Shown: piece by piece, positions 1 to 22,654 of the stretch
Numbering within the stretch: the stretch's first letter is position 1
How the letters are laid out: the number at the start of each line of letters is the position of its first letter
Assembly (NCBI GenBank): GCA_963693365.1
Contig: CAVNZM010000007.1
Location: forward strand, 7,685,962 to 7,749,961
DNA: 64,000 nt
Reading direction: 5' to 3'
Source: Amoebidium appalachense
Lineage: Eukaryota > Protista > Ichthyosporea
Translations under genes and position numbers: made by a program
Notes under the pieces: model-generated
Database searches by the model: none
Told to the model about the DNA's origin: nothing
What the model saw: only the letters and a program-made list of their open reading frames with translations

Positions 1-305
1 AAAACTAAGGTATCATATAATCAGTTTTAAGTCTACGTGTGTCGCATGACACAAGGTTTTACAAAAAGTGTTCACTTACTGTAATAAGAATTAATACACG
101 TGCAGTTACAATGCACATTTACCAACAAGATGGCAGTTACAACGCACATTTACCAACAACATGGTAACCTACACTCAAATCCTCCAACCTTTCCCTCACC
201 TTCCTCCCCTGCCCGGTTGATCGCTCCCTATATATTTCCTGCTGGTGCCTACCACTAGTGCATAGTTTAACACCTACTAGACACCACAACACATCTTTCT
301 GGCTC

Positions 306-1295
306 CTATTCGTTCAAGGTCCACTTATTAGCTCTCTCCTTCTCCACCAGGATGTCTAGCGGGGAAGCACTACCCAGTAACTTATTGAGTTGGAGCTCTT
401 TCTCAGCAAGCTCTCTTTTCAATTCGTTATAGCGGCTGATGTCAACCCCCCGCTTCCTTGCCTGCTTGTGCAGAGTCTGTATGAACTTTCTCTCTGCCAT
501 CGTCCGGTATTCAAGGTCCTTTTGTGTGATCACAAACATCCAGTAGGCACCAATGGTGTTTGCATAGGTAACAAAGTAGGTCAATGGCTCCACAATGTCC
601 CATGAGTACTCCCAGTATGTCATTCGGAAAAGGATGCCAAACTGGACGCCCATCAATCCCAAACCACCCCAAATCAGGCGGTTTGTGTGCTTTTCCGCCC
701 GCTTGGAAGCTGCCGAAACCATGTCTTCCATCGGCTCGAGCTCCCTCCTCAACTCCACAACTTTCGTTTTGAGATCGCTTGCCTTTTCTGCTGCCGCCCG
801 CTCAACATCCAGAACTGTATACAGCTGCTTGAGCAGGTCGCGTGCGTATTCCACGTTGCTGATTCCAAGATCGTGCGTAATTTTGGACTGAGAACATGTG
901 GAGGGATTGACTGTGAAGCGCTGTGAACCGATGTGCAAATCAAATGTGGCACCCACAAGGCAGGACATATCCGTCGAACCGGCGACCTCAACATCGTCTA
1001 CCGTTGCTTTTGCCTCCGCTCCTGTTTCCGTCTCAACTGATTTGATAAAGTGCGACACATTATCGTTTGGCGAAACGACAAACATTCGCTTGGCCTCTCC
1101 ACCTACAGGGAGAATTAATCGAGGAGATTCCCCGGCGGGTGTTTCGTGCCATGTTATTGTTTCGTGTTTGCTACTGTAGTGTCTTCTGAATAGGTGACAG
1201 GGGAGAAATCGTGCTGCTGTTTGTGTTGTGATAGTTGTTGGCTTTAGGAGTCTGAGAGCGCGTGCCCCATGTCCCAACAAATGTGGTCTAAACAT
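306..1295 (-). CDS. MCU: Mitochondrial calcium uniporter pore subunit (intronless, ~329 aa)
   Basis: Single ORF; first ATG at 1295 (the ORF track starts at an upstream GTG). Arg-rich, acid-poor N-terminal presequence, coiled coil, and two TM helices flanking the selectivity-filter motif YWEYSWDIVEPLTYF (canonical WDIMEP). Confidence 0.95.
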   Translation of the reverse strand: MFRPHLLGHGARALRLLKPTTITTQTAARFLPCHLFRRHYSSKHETITWHETPAGESPRLILPVGGEAKRMFVVSPNDNVSHFIKSVETETGAEAKATVDDVEVAGSTDMSCLVGATFDLHIGSQRFTVNPSTCSQSKITHDLGISNVEYARDLLKQLYTVLDVERAAAEKASDLKTKVVELRRELEPMEDMVSAASKRAEKHTNRLIWGGLGLMGVQFGILFRMTYWEYSWDIVEPLTYFVTYANTIGAYWMFVITQKDLEYRTMAERKFIQTLHKQARKRGVDISRYNELKRELAEKELQLNKLLGSASPLDILVEKERANKWTLNE

Positions 1296-2151
1296 CTTTG
1301 TGGCTGCGTGTAGTTTCACTGCCGAAAAACTGGATCATAGAGACGGGACAGGCTAATATATCTTTCAGTGCTATGTATGAGTGTAACTACTACAGGTTGA
1401 CTCCATGGAAGCACAGCAAGTGTACGAAGGAAGGTGTTTAAGACAACTTGTGCAAATCGAGTATAAGAGTATAAGATTGATGTGAACCCACTGCTAGATT
1501 ACAGAAAATATCTCATATACGCTATTTACCAGCCATACGCCATCACCTCTTCCGGTACCATGCTACTCCTCAAACACAGCTATCCCAGCCCAACGCCTGC
1601 CGCTTTACGAGAGGGAAGTTTTTCCGAACGGTTTTTTTTGAAGTCGGCCGAAGCCTTCAAGCAAACTGCTTGGCGAAATTCCTGTCCCAGCTGCCAGGGT
1701 CGGAGATCCGGGTCGAACCGTTGCTGACCAGCTGACTGATATCGGGTCGGGTTGTACTACAACAAACGCTCAGTGTTTTGTTTGACTTGCCGGTAAAAGC
1801 GGCAATAAGACTCAGTAAGAGGTTTAGAGCTTTTTCATTGGATCAATAAGCTTTTAAAAAGACCTCAGTTGCGTTTGATGCGTCATCGTTTTTGCCTTAT
1901 TCTTGCAGTGTCTAAATAGCGTACATGACATTATTCCATGTTGGTTCATCCGGCAAAATGCATATGTGAGTGCTGCTTGCACTTTGTTTCCAGTTTGCCT
2001 AACTTTATATTTTGTGGTGAAGTAGTTAGTGCAAGTGTAGTTGTGAGTTGTTACTTCGCCTTGTGGAAATACAGAGAGATACCGTGACTTCCGAGCTGCC
2101 TAACCCGTATCCTTGAAGCGACCTGACGGCCATCGAGTGAGTCTTGACAAA
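1296..2151. promoter_or_regulatory. Divergent promoter / 5'UTR region between MCU and Ssu72
   Basis: Head-to-head start codons ~860 bp apart; repeat-free. Candidate Ssu72 5'UTR splice sites: ttcttgcag ~1908, gtgagt ~1966, aaatacag ~2073. Confidence 0.5.
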
Positions 2152-12091
<9,940 letters not shown>

Positions 12092-14166
12092 TTGGCTATT
12101 GGGTGCACTCGGCAATCTATGGGCGAAATACCGGCACACACACCGAACTCAAAGCTGAATAGTTATCACAATCCGTCCCTCCCGCAATGATTTTGATGTT
12201 TCTTTTGTGGTGGTGGTGGTGGTGGTGTGTGTGTGTGTGTGTGTGTGTGTATGTTTGATGGGGGGAGGGGGGGGGGGGGGGGGGGGGGGGGGGTGCTGCT
12301 CCTACCAAATCATAGATGGCATATGTACATAAGCGAGACTTTATGTTGACAGGGCAAAAGGCTAGATACAGGATATAAATGTACTACGCACGATATATAA
12401 AAAAAAAAGCAAGAACTTCGATGGCACTGCAAGGGGGCAGCTAGTAGAGTGTTTTAGGTACATATAAGATCCACTACTAGCGGGTGTGAGTGTTATTAAG
12501 GGGTATTATCTATCCCCTTTCCCGTTTTTAGATGTATTTGTAGCTAGCAAGACTGCCTGTGTTTCTTCGGGGAGCCAGTAAACGTCAAGAATGATGTTAG
12601 TATGCAAAGGCCGAGTATGTATGGCTGGCTGATACAAAATGACGCGAAATCAAAGAACTGTAAAAAGAACAAACGTATGTGTGGGATGAATGACGACCAC
12701 TGGCAGCAGCCCCCCTCAGGGTTCCCACCCCCCCCACCCCCCCTCCCCGGCCCCACTGGTACCGGCCCCCTTTCACCCCTCTCCGGACACGCGCACACAC
12801 ATTCGCGCGTGCACACACACACGCACACACTAGAAATAAGCCTTTTTGAAAATTAAATTAAAGGCATAGAGCAAGAGACGAGCCTTGCCATTTCTTGTTA
12901 TATCTGAGACTCCTGAAGCCCCCCTATTCACTGCAACTCCTCCCCCCTCCCTCCCCTCCCCCTACCCCCCAAACCACAAACATCCATACACGCACAGGAC
13001 CCACTCGCTACCCGTATATGGCGGCAAGCAAAACCTTTGATGTGTGAACCCCTCACACAAAACAGATCTTCACTTGACCATGTTGGCCGTGGTGTATACA
13101 TGTGCATCGGTGTGTTTGTGCTCAGGGGTCTAAACACCAGGCGCCGCGCATGTTGGCCACTGTGGGTATAATGTGTTGCCGCATGTGTATGTGTGTTCTT
13201 ATGCCCATAATTTCTGTGGCCCCGGGCAGTGCCCCATATGAATGATTGAGTGTGCCACGTAGGTTTTTTAGCGTGCGATCATAGTATTACTTTGTCCACC
13301 TGAGAGAATGCAAATGTGCATGCTGCTGTGCACTGTGGGTGGTTGAGGATTACATGATGGGGAGTAAGGGAGGACTGACTGGCATGTGTAGGTGGGTTAA
13401 TGGGCGGTGGGTGCATGGTTATGGATGTGCGATAAGTAGGGATCAAGGGGACTCCAAGGGAGGGGGGAAGGGAGGAACGTATGTGTGCGTTGGGGGGGGG
13501 GGGGGGGGGGGGAGGGGGGGGGGGGGGGGGGAGGGGGGGGAGCGATCATGGGAGGGAAGGAGGGACGGAGGGGTACACATGCAAATGGAACATGGTTAAA
13601 GATATGGCTTGCTTTGCATTTGCATTTTCGATATTATATGCTCGGCCCACAGGGCCGCTACCAACACTGTTGCTGCTATTTACATATATCGGCCCATCGC
13701 CGGATCCAAATACTAGTTTCAGCGAAGGGAAGAGTTCCTGCTCTCTCAAATCTCGATGCGCATACTTAGTCTCGTATGTTGTTCATTAAGCTATTTGAGG
13801 ACATCATCGTAATAAAATCCTTCTTCGAAATCTTTTCTTTATAAACCAAAAACATTGCTGCTGCTCGTTTAACATGTTTAACCAGTGAGCGAAAATTCCT
13901 GAACATTGAATATACTAGGTGTCCGTGGCATTTTGGAGCGGAGTGTGTGGTAGTTAGGTGGCTAATTAAATAATGGGAGGTGGAAGTGGGGAAGAAGGGG
14001 GGGAGGGGGGGATGTGGGTGGGGGGGGGGGGGGGGGGGGGGGGGAAGGGTGGGGGGGATGATGATCTGAGAGAAACAGAGAGAGCCTCGGAGAGGGGGAG
14101 GACAGAAGAATAAAAAAGGGAAAAAACCCTGAAGATGTGTAAAAAAAGAAAAGAAAATCCTTCAGC

Positions 14167-15063
14167 TTAGTTGTAAACCAGGCGCATCTTGATGCGGTAC
14201 TCTGTCGTTTTTCTACCCGCAATGATGGGATCCTTTGAGTTAGGGTCGATGGTGCCCGTGTTGGTCAAAGACACAGGCGTGTCGACAAACGGCGTCTGTC
14301 CCATGTCCGCAATATCCACACGTAGAGGCTCAGCTACATCCATTCCCTCCTTAAGCGCAGTCACAGCAATACCGGCTTGTGTGTAACAATCCTTAACCGC
14401 TAGTCTAAGTCCCTCGATTTGGGCCGCGGCCAACTGCGCGTCGCTGATGAAAAAATCGACGTTATCAATCGTGGTAACACCCGCAGCCAAGGCACCGTCA
14501 AGAATAGTAGAGACATCCTTGGTGTCAATGTAAACGGTGAGACCGAGGGAGCTAGAATACCCCACAAACTGGTTCTTGCCGTTAACCTGTTCTTCGTCGA
14601 TGCGCAGACTCATCCCCGATGTTGAAATCCCTTGGAACCCATCCGTTTTTTTTGCCATGACGATTACGTCCCTCGCCACCTGGTTCATTTGACGTTGTAG
14701 GTCTGCCGCTGAACACTTGCTGGTGTCAACGGAGCGGCGGCGACGTTCCATCGTTTCTTCTTCATCTGTCATGGAAGAGTTTGTCGGTGTTTTGACGGGA
14801 GACGTTTGGTTTTTCGTTGCCCCTTCCTCCTCAACTACAGGCGCGTCGGCGGAGGGTGGTACACATCTGATTTTCTTGTTGATGCCCATGGTAACTACGC
14901 TTGTGGTGGTGAGAAGGTCTACTTTCCCCGACCCTTCGGTCCAAGCCAGCCGGTACTTAAATCTGTGTGTAATGGGAATGCCGTTTCCCGGCCATTTCTG
15001 TGCAGGCCATCGCGCCGAGTGGGCACCGACGGCCAAGGCAAGAAGAAGAAGAGAAGACTTCAT
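14167..15063 (-). CDS. Secreted SIMPL/DUF541 (YggE/BP26-like) protein A, intronless, 298 aa
   Basis: ATG at 15063 gives signal peptide MKSSLLLLALAVGAHSA. SIMPL-like segments TEGSGKV, ISTSGMSL, FVGYSSSLGLTV, ILDGALAAGVTTIDNVDFFISD, EGLRLAVKD, and a terminal strand YRIKMRLVY. Confidence 0.8.
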   Translation of the reverse strand: MKSSLLLLALAVGAHSARWPAQKWPGNGIPITHRFKYRLAWTEGSGKVDLLTTTSVVTMGINKKIRCVPPSADAPVVEEEGATKNQTSPVKTPTNSSMTDEEETMERRRRSVDTSKCSAADLQRQMNQVARDVIVMAKKTDGFQGISTSGMSLRIDEEQVNGKNQFVGYSSSLGLTVYIDTKDVSTILDGALAAGVTTIDNVDFFISDAQLAAAQIEGLRLAVKDCYTQAGIAVTALKEGMDVAEPLRVDIADMGQTPFVDTPVSLTNTGTIDPNSKDPIIAGRKTTEYRIKMRLVYN

Positions 15064-16033
15064 TTTTGGACTCAGAACGGGCTCCCGTGATGTGTTTGTG
15101 TGTTGGTTGATAAAAGAGTGCGCTATGGGAGAAGACTGTTTGATACAAGTTGGTATTTCCCAGCGGTGTATTAGATTCGAAAAACGTTTCACACAGGGTG
15201 GAGGTACTCTGGGAATGAAGGGCGAAGAAAGCTTTCGAGCTTTTTATATGAGCACTTTGGCCTTGTCGACGTCGACGTGACCGGGTGCGTTACCGTGCGT
15301 AGATCTCTACTAAATGCTCACAAACCCATATATGGTAAAATGGTTACAAAGCAGAAATGCTGATTGGATGCATATTTACACACATCTTTCATTGGATTAT
15401 AGTTTGGCCAATGGGAGATCCTTAAAAGAAAAACAAAAGGCTGGGTCGGCCGAGCTGTTCTATCCTTAGTCCTCCCCATCCACTCAAAATTCTTCTACAT
15501 GACAAGTTTCCTTTGTGATTAAAGCATCTATGTTTTTTTTGGTTTTTTTTAAGGGTTCTGTAGGCTATTTCCAACCTGTTGGAGTTGGACTTGTGACACT
15601 GAAAGTTAGGCGGATCTTTGACGTCACACTGCAAGGTCTGCAACGTACGTGCGCGTGAGGCTCGGATGTTACTTACCCGTGAACGAAACCACGCAAATTT
15701 CGAATAATAATTTGTGTTATCATACACCAACAGAACCAACTTATGCACATATTGAAATGGATAAACATGTCACCATTATCAATTGAATCTTTGTCTTTTT
15801 TTCGTCTCAACTCCTCCCCTCAGGTCTGACTCGCCGAGGTAATTTTTTTGTTGCTGTCGGGCTGCAACGCCATTGGTCAATGTTTACAAGTGCTTTTGAT
15901 TGGTCGGCCGACCGGTATATAAACACAGACCTCATTGAAACCGGCTCATTCTGCCTGGGCCCGCCCAACCTACCTTTTTGTGAGCTCCTACCCAACATAA
16001 TCATTTTCCTGGTAATATCAACACAAACCCACC
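15064..16033. promoter_or_regulatory. Shared divergent promoter of the two SIMPL genes
   Basis: TATA-like elements facing each gene (minus-strand TATAAAAA at ~15241-15248; TATATAAA at 15916-15923), several CCAAT/ATTGG boxes (~15363-15412, ~15873-15903), TGACGTCA palindrome at ~15619. No microsatellites. Confidence 0.55.
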
Positions 16034-17499
16034 ATGCATACCGCCTCACTCCTCGCCGCAGCTCTTCTAGCCTGCGGATCACACGTGCACGCCAAAGTCG
16101 ACGACAGCATAACACTCGTGAATCCTATCATCCCCGCTGGTGTACAACTTCTCTTCGTTGAGGGTTTGGGACGTGTTGACATTCTCACCAACCAGAGTAA
16201 GGTGGACATGAGCATTGTGCGTACTCTGCGCTGCGACACTGAGGATGACCCAAACTGCCGCGCCGGCGTGGTGCAACTTAAAGTGCAAGCTGCCACGTCA
16301 AAGGTGGTGCGTGACCTATCCAACACTCCGGGTGTGTTGGGGGTCTCGACGTCTGGCCAGTCGCTGAGTGTTTTGTCGGAGTACAACGAGACGTTGCAGA
16401 AGTCTATCTTCACTGGATACCGCAGCCAGGTAAGAAGATTTTGTTTATGATTGATGTTGATGTGTTGTTCGTCCGGGTATTCGTTGGATTGTTGAGCTGG
16501 TGGGGTTCCCGAGCACACTAAGCAAACAACCTGCACGTCACCCACTGCGGCATTACCACAGGTGACAGGTCAACCTGACTTACAAACACAAGGTATTGAA
16601 CTAGCGCAGAGAGACATATACACACACACATGCAAACACGTCTTATGCCTATAGACACATACATTCCAGCGCCCCTCCCCTCCCCCCCCCTCCCCCCTCC
16701 CCTCCCCCCTCCCCCCCCCCCACAAAAAAACAAACAAAAAACCACCACACACACACACACTAAGTCTTGCACCGTACATTGCTTGCGCCCCTCAATGAAC
16801 TGTGAGCATACACAGGCTACAAACTCACAAACACTTACCAACAACTGCATTTAAACATACGGTAACACAAACACACAAATCGCGACTCTACACGCGAGTG
16901 TGTACAACACACGGAACAAACACAAACACACACACAAGCAACACACAAATCGCAACTCTGTACGCGAGTGTGCACAACACACAGAACAAACACAAACACA
17001 AACACACACACACAACAGACACAACACACACTCCCCACAACGCACAGTTTCACACGCATACATACACCGGCGTAGTGCGGATCTCACTAATTTCACAAAC
17101 CTCCCTTCCCAGGTTGGTCTCTCCGCCGTTATTCCAACCAGCCAAATAGGAGCCATCCTCGACAAAATGCTCAATTTGGGCGTCAACACAATCAACAGCG
17201 TAGATTTTTACGTCAGCAACGATCAACTACGTGCTGCACAGGAAAAGGCGCTGGCACTGGCAACGAAAAATGCGCTCGATCAGGCAAAAGCAGTGCTTGA
17301 GCCAATCAAAAAGAGTATTTTGGAGACGCGGCAAGTTGTTATTCCCTACGATTACAGCCCGTATGAGAGCCGGCCGGCCGATATTATGGACGATTCAGTT
17401 ATTGATTTGAATGCGGCCGACCCTATTCAGGGAGGGGTTAAAACAGTTGGGTACCGGGTCAAGCTGAAGGTTAAGTATGGCCAGCTGGGTAAGAATTAA
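16034..17499 (+). CDS. Secreted SIMPL/DUF541 protein B; exons 16034-16429 and 17113-17499, 260 aa
   Basis: Signal peptide MHTASLLAAALLACGSHVHA. Phase-0 intron (CAG|gtaaga ... ttcccag|GTT). Colinear with protein A: VEGLGRVDILT, VSTSGQSL, FTGYRSQVGLSA, ILDKMLNLGVNTINSVDFYVSNDQLRAAQEKALALA, DPIQGGVKTVGYRVKLKVKY. Confidence 0.82.
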
Positions 17500-18198
17500 C
17501 CATTGCGTAGTTTGTATTTGTTCAACTTGTTCTGGAGTATAATATTGTTTTTAAATACACGTTGAATGATGGATATGGTGTCACACGCTTTTTCGTCGCT
17601 GTAAATAGATAATACGGGTTGGTGCCCCCTTTTTGACGTCCATAGGCCATACAGTTTATTCGGAAATGAATAACAGAACATGCATAGTAGTTTGTAGATA
17701 TCTTTGCCTAAATGATTGGCTGTTGTAGCACATTGAGTGTGCACAGGAACATAGTTACAGGAAAACCTGCCCGGGCTGGTAGCCACGGTAAAAACATCGT
17801 TTTATTTGACGATGTTTTTTTATAATGAACTTGAGAGTGAAAACATCGTTAAATAAAACGAAGACAATAATGGTATAAAGAACAGCACATGCCTACACTG
17901 CGGTAGAACCAGAGCTACACTGGCAGCATGATAAACAGAAAACGAGTCATCACATCCTTTTTTGGACTGTAACATGGCCGAGGAGTATCTATGTGCCCTA
18001 CTCACAACTTCCCCCCCCCCCCCCCCCCCCCCCTCCCTCTCCCCCTATCCCTTTTCTCCCGACACACCCCATTCCAACCTCTGATTTGAGTCTCCCTACG
18101 GATTTTTGGTCTTCATCGTGGGGAACAATGTCTATACCCCTCCTCCCCCCCCCCCTCCCCCTCCCCCCTCCCTCCCCCTTAGTAGGTTCTCTCAGGCT

Positions 18199-18245
18199 CT
18201 CCGAGTCTTTCCGAACAACATTCTCCGAGTCTTTCCGAACAACAT
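18199..18245 (+). repeat. 24-bp tandem duplication (CTCCGAGTCTTTCCGAACAACAT x2)
   Basis: Exact direct repeat. Confidence 0.75.
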
Positions 18246-18272
18246 AAGTTCTTCCTCCAAGTCTCCCTAAAG

Positions 18273-18308
<36 letters not shown>

Positions 18309-19431
18309 CCCCTCCCCCTCCTCCCCCCTCCCCTCGCCTCCCCCCTGCGTGGGTAGTAGTAACCACTCTGAGACTGAGTCTCGCCCATCTACCCACCAAC
18401 CAACAAACCAACCTCCCCCCCCTTACCACCCCCCCCCCCCCCCTTCCCCCCCCCTCCCCGAGTCCCCCCTCCCTCCCCCCTCTCCACCCCCGCCTCCCCC
18501 CGCCACTCCACAAAAAAATGCACACGAAGGTAGTTCACGCGGGATCGGGTGGAGAGCGTGGAGGGCGTTAAGGGGTAAGAATGTGTTACGTGTGCAGACT
18601 CTGGGTAGGAAGTACACATTAACTTCTACGACGGACAACACAAATAATTAAATAAACAAAATAAACAAACAAATAAATAAACAAAAATAATTAGTAAATA
18701 CGAGGATGTGCAATGCACACGAGAAGAACTTGCATCATAAAGCTTTGAGGACGGCGTGGGTGGGTGGGGGGGGGGGGGGGGGGGGGGGGACTTCATGCCG
18801 GGTGGGTGGGTGTCAGGGGGGGGGAGGGGGAGGGGGGGAGGGGGGGAGGGGTGGGGTGGCGGGAGGGGGTACCCATGGTGCCTATATTAGAAACACCGGG
18901 TTCATTCTTTTACATGCTCCCGCTTAGTATTGATATACCTGTGTGATCGTTGGTCCAGTACAGACTACGTGCAGTTATGTTAGATTGTGCAACTGTAGTG
19001 ACTGTCTTAGAACCATACACACATTATCTTTATACGTACTGTATAAAAACTGTTTGCTACACTGCGATATTAGGCTGCAATATGATACAGGCTCTCGGCT
19101 ACACCGCTACAGTAGTTACAAATTCAAATGAATATCGAAACACTTAGGCATGGGATCGATATCCGATCACAGGCAACTTTGTGCAATCTGTGGTAACAAC
19201 AACATATTGTTGGTGTCGTTATCTTACAATGACGAAAATGCCAAATCTCCATTACCAAAAAAGACAAAAACAAGCACAACGTAATTGTGACATTGGAAAC
19301 GAACAATTACCAAGTCCGATTAGACTAGATTAAAACTAAAAAAAATAACAAAACACCATTAATTGCGCCCGCCTCCGCACACTGCGGAATCCCAAACCTC
19401 ACCACCCGTGACCATGCCACTATCTCACAGT

Positions 19432-20193
19432 CTATTTTTCAGAAACAACCTTATCAACAACCGAGCTCATGAGCCCCAAATTCCAAAAAGGTTGCACCCC
19501 TGCAGAAGGCGGATACACGGACGGGGCCTCATACAAGGACGGGATAGACGGAATTTCAGGAACCTGCCCCGCATATTCGGGATATGCGGCAAGGGCCATG
19601 TAGTGTAGGGGGAATATGTAGCGGCGGAACCGATTGGTCGAAGCCTGAGTTGCAAACTGTTCCCGCTTGTTGGTGACTCGGGTGGTTTCGATCTTGTTGA
19701 GCTGTGAGGATAGACATTATTAGATAGGCACGAGAGGTCTGCGCAGGAGCATCCAGATTCTCTGGGCGACTGGCACCCACCTAACGACCACGGTAAAGGA
19801 AAAGCATAATGAAAAACCGGGGGGAGGAAGAAGGGGGCGCCCGGGGGGGAGGGGGGGGGATGAAGGGGGGGGGGGGGGAGAGGGGGGAGAGAGAGAGAGA
19901 GAGAAGGGAGAAAAATATGTACAGCTTGAAATGACCACAGTTGGGGGAGGGCAGAGATACGTGCATGGGCATAACTCTGCCCTCTCCCATCTGTCTACTC
20001 ACAAACCGCAATGACCAGAGCAACCAATCAACCATAAGATGTTGCCAATCAAAAGCCCACCTTCCACCACCCCACACCCCCACCACCTAATATCACCCCC
20101 CTCCCCTTTCCCCTTCCTCCCATTACCCCCTCCCCATCCCCCTCCTCCCTCCCTCTTCCCCGAGTCCCCGAGAGAGAGTGTGAGTATGTGTTT

Positions 20194-20239
<46 letters not shown>

Positions 20240-21097
20240 ATGATCCAGAAGTGACCCTGGACCTCGTGTTTTGTAATAAAACAACTTCAATTGCTGCAAA
20301 ACTGAGTTCCCTGGGGGAGGTGGATCAGGGAAGGGGGGGGAGAGGGGGGGGGGAAAGGGGGAGGGGAAGGGGGGGGGGGGGGGCATGCTACACAACTAAT
20401 AAGTCGTTCACATTACTGAGTAGGAAGAGTGAGTGGCGGTGGCGGTGGTGGTGGTTGCCGGGGGGGGGAGGGGGGGGAGGAGGAGGAGGGGTGGGGTGGG
20501 GGAGGCCCGGGGGGGGGGGGGGGGGGGGGAAGGGGGGGATAGGAGTCAGCTACCTTTCTAGTTGAGGGGGGGAAAGTCAGGTGCAGTGTGTTGATGTGGT
20601 AGTCCGTAGACCGCAGGATGGCCGGAGCAGGCTCACTCGTGCGGTGGTAGCCAAATAGGTCGATCCCTGCACGTGCAGCCATACGGCCCATGGCATACCA
20701 GCCCTCTAGGGTGAACAGCGCATGCTCAATGCTGATAAGTGGACGAGCATGTAGGAGCATCAGACCGGGGAATACCGCTCTGTGGGTGGAAGAAAAAAGA
20801 GGGAGAGGGAAAGGGGAAGGGGTTAGTAGTTGGACCTTAGAATGGTGAAGATAAGAAAGGGGAGGGAGGGGAGGGGGGGGGGGGAGGGGGGGGGGGGGGG
20901 GGGGAGGGTTTGCTGGTGCGGGTATCGGGCGGGAACGGGGTTGTCCCTTACTGGTTAGTTTTGTGTGTGATAATTGTTGCATGATGCGCTACTTCCACAT
21001 TTAGGCACACAACCACACACTCTGATGGTAAATAATAGACACACATGTGTGCCGCTAAACACACCAACAGGAGACAAAAAAGAGACAGTCCCAAGCC

Positions 21098-21140
<43 letters not shown>

Positions 21141-21845
21141 CCTTTTCCTGCCTCTCAAACAATACACAACCCCACATACAAAAAACCGCAAGAACGTCAA
21201 TCAGAGGAATGGAAAAGGGGTGGTAGGGTAGTGTCTTATTTACCTCAGAGCGTTGTAGTGGTGGGCAAACTGATGCAACACCCTTCCCTGTGACAAAATC
21301 GCAATGTGCAAAAACAGAGGCACGTTTCCGCTGTAGCTTGCAACAGCAGCAAGATGTGCGTCGAACCAGATACCTCTTGCACTGTATGCACTCCACTCAT
21401 ACCTCTCATATCTCTTCCCTTCAATCTCCAGGAGGGTGGAGTACTCCCAGAAAAACGATTGGAGCTGTTGTGTTTCCCTGCGTGTGGGGAAAGAAAAGGT
21501 GTGTGGGTTAAGGGAAGATGGGTGTGTGCAAGGGAGAGAAGAAAAAAGGAAGGTGGGGAGGGGGGGAGGGGGGGGGGGAAATAGGGATGAGAGACGGGAG
21601 AAGGAGGGAGGGAATTGGGAAAGATGGAAGGAGAGAAATGGGAGAAGGGGATGATGTTTAGAACGTGAGACAAAGCACGGGGTGCAAGTTCATACACGGA
21701 AGTGCAAGTTCACAACAGATAAGGTAAAGCAGATTGAGATGCAAAAAAAAACCTGAAGTTTCACCATAAGTAGAGCCCAACCTCAGGAGGCCTCAGCCAT
21801 CTATGGGGTGCGGAGAGGGGTTCGGGGGCAGGTAGAAGTATATGG

Positions 21846-21884
<39 letters not shown>

Positions 21885-22388
21885 TGTGGCAGGGAAGGGG
21901 GGGGGGGGGGGGGGGGGGGAGGAGTAGGGGTGAGCATCGTAACAAGCCGAACTGTCTCTCCTAGCCCCACCAGGTACTCTAGTTGGAAAGACAACCCCGA
22001 AAAAAGAACAACGAGGAATAGCACGTTAAAGAAAAACATCTCCATGTGAGGCCAATACTTCCCCACGACCTGGGCCTTTCACTTACTCTGGTGACAGCGC
22101 TCCCGTCCTATTGAGCAACCTCAATGCATCCATCACATGCACAAAGTCCCTCAACCCGACCGCCCCATTGGCCGTCGACAGATCGCCGAGGGCTCTCATT
22201 GGGTGGATTCCCCCATCCATATCCACAAGACCCACCGGCCATGTTTTTTTCATTTCGGGGGTGGTTGGGCAGTTCTTACTGCAGTTGCGTCCGTACATGG
22301 ACCAGATGAGATCTTGGGGGGTGGTGCGGGTGGACGGTTCGAGGAAGAGAGAACGGACTAGGTCTGCGGCATGTGATGCGTACTGTGT

Positions 22389-22478
<90 letters not shown>

Positions 22479-22606
22479 TGTGTGTGTGTGTGTGTTTGTG
22501 CGTGCGTGTGTGTGTGTGTGTGTGTGTGGTGGTCATAGTGTGTTTTGGTGGGTGGAGGTGGAGGGAAGGGGGAGGGGAATTAGGGAGTGTCTGTGCTGCG
22601 TGTGTT

Positions 22607-22654
<48 letters not shown>

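Noticed and set aside
570-615. MCU filter reads DIVE instead of DIME
   Set aside because: The W, D, E and P residues are intact; the variable hydrophobic position differs among known non-animal MCUs.
21761-21985. Possible extra exons ([26 protein letters not shown]) in the lyase-like gene
   Set aside because: Exon 22382-22087 joins 21477 directly in phase with a family-like sequence; these segments are not needed.
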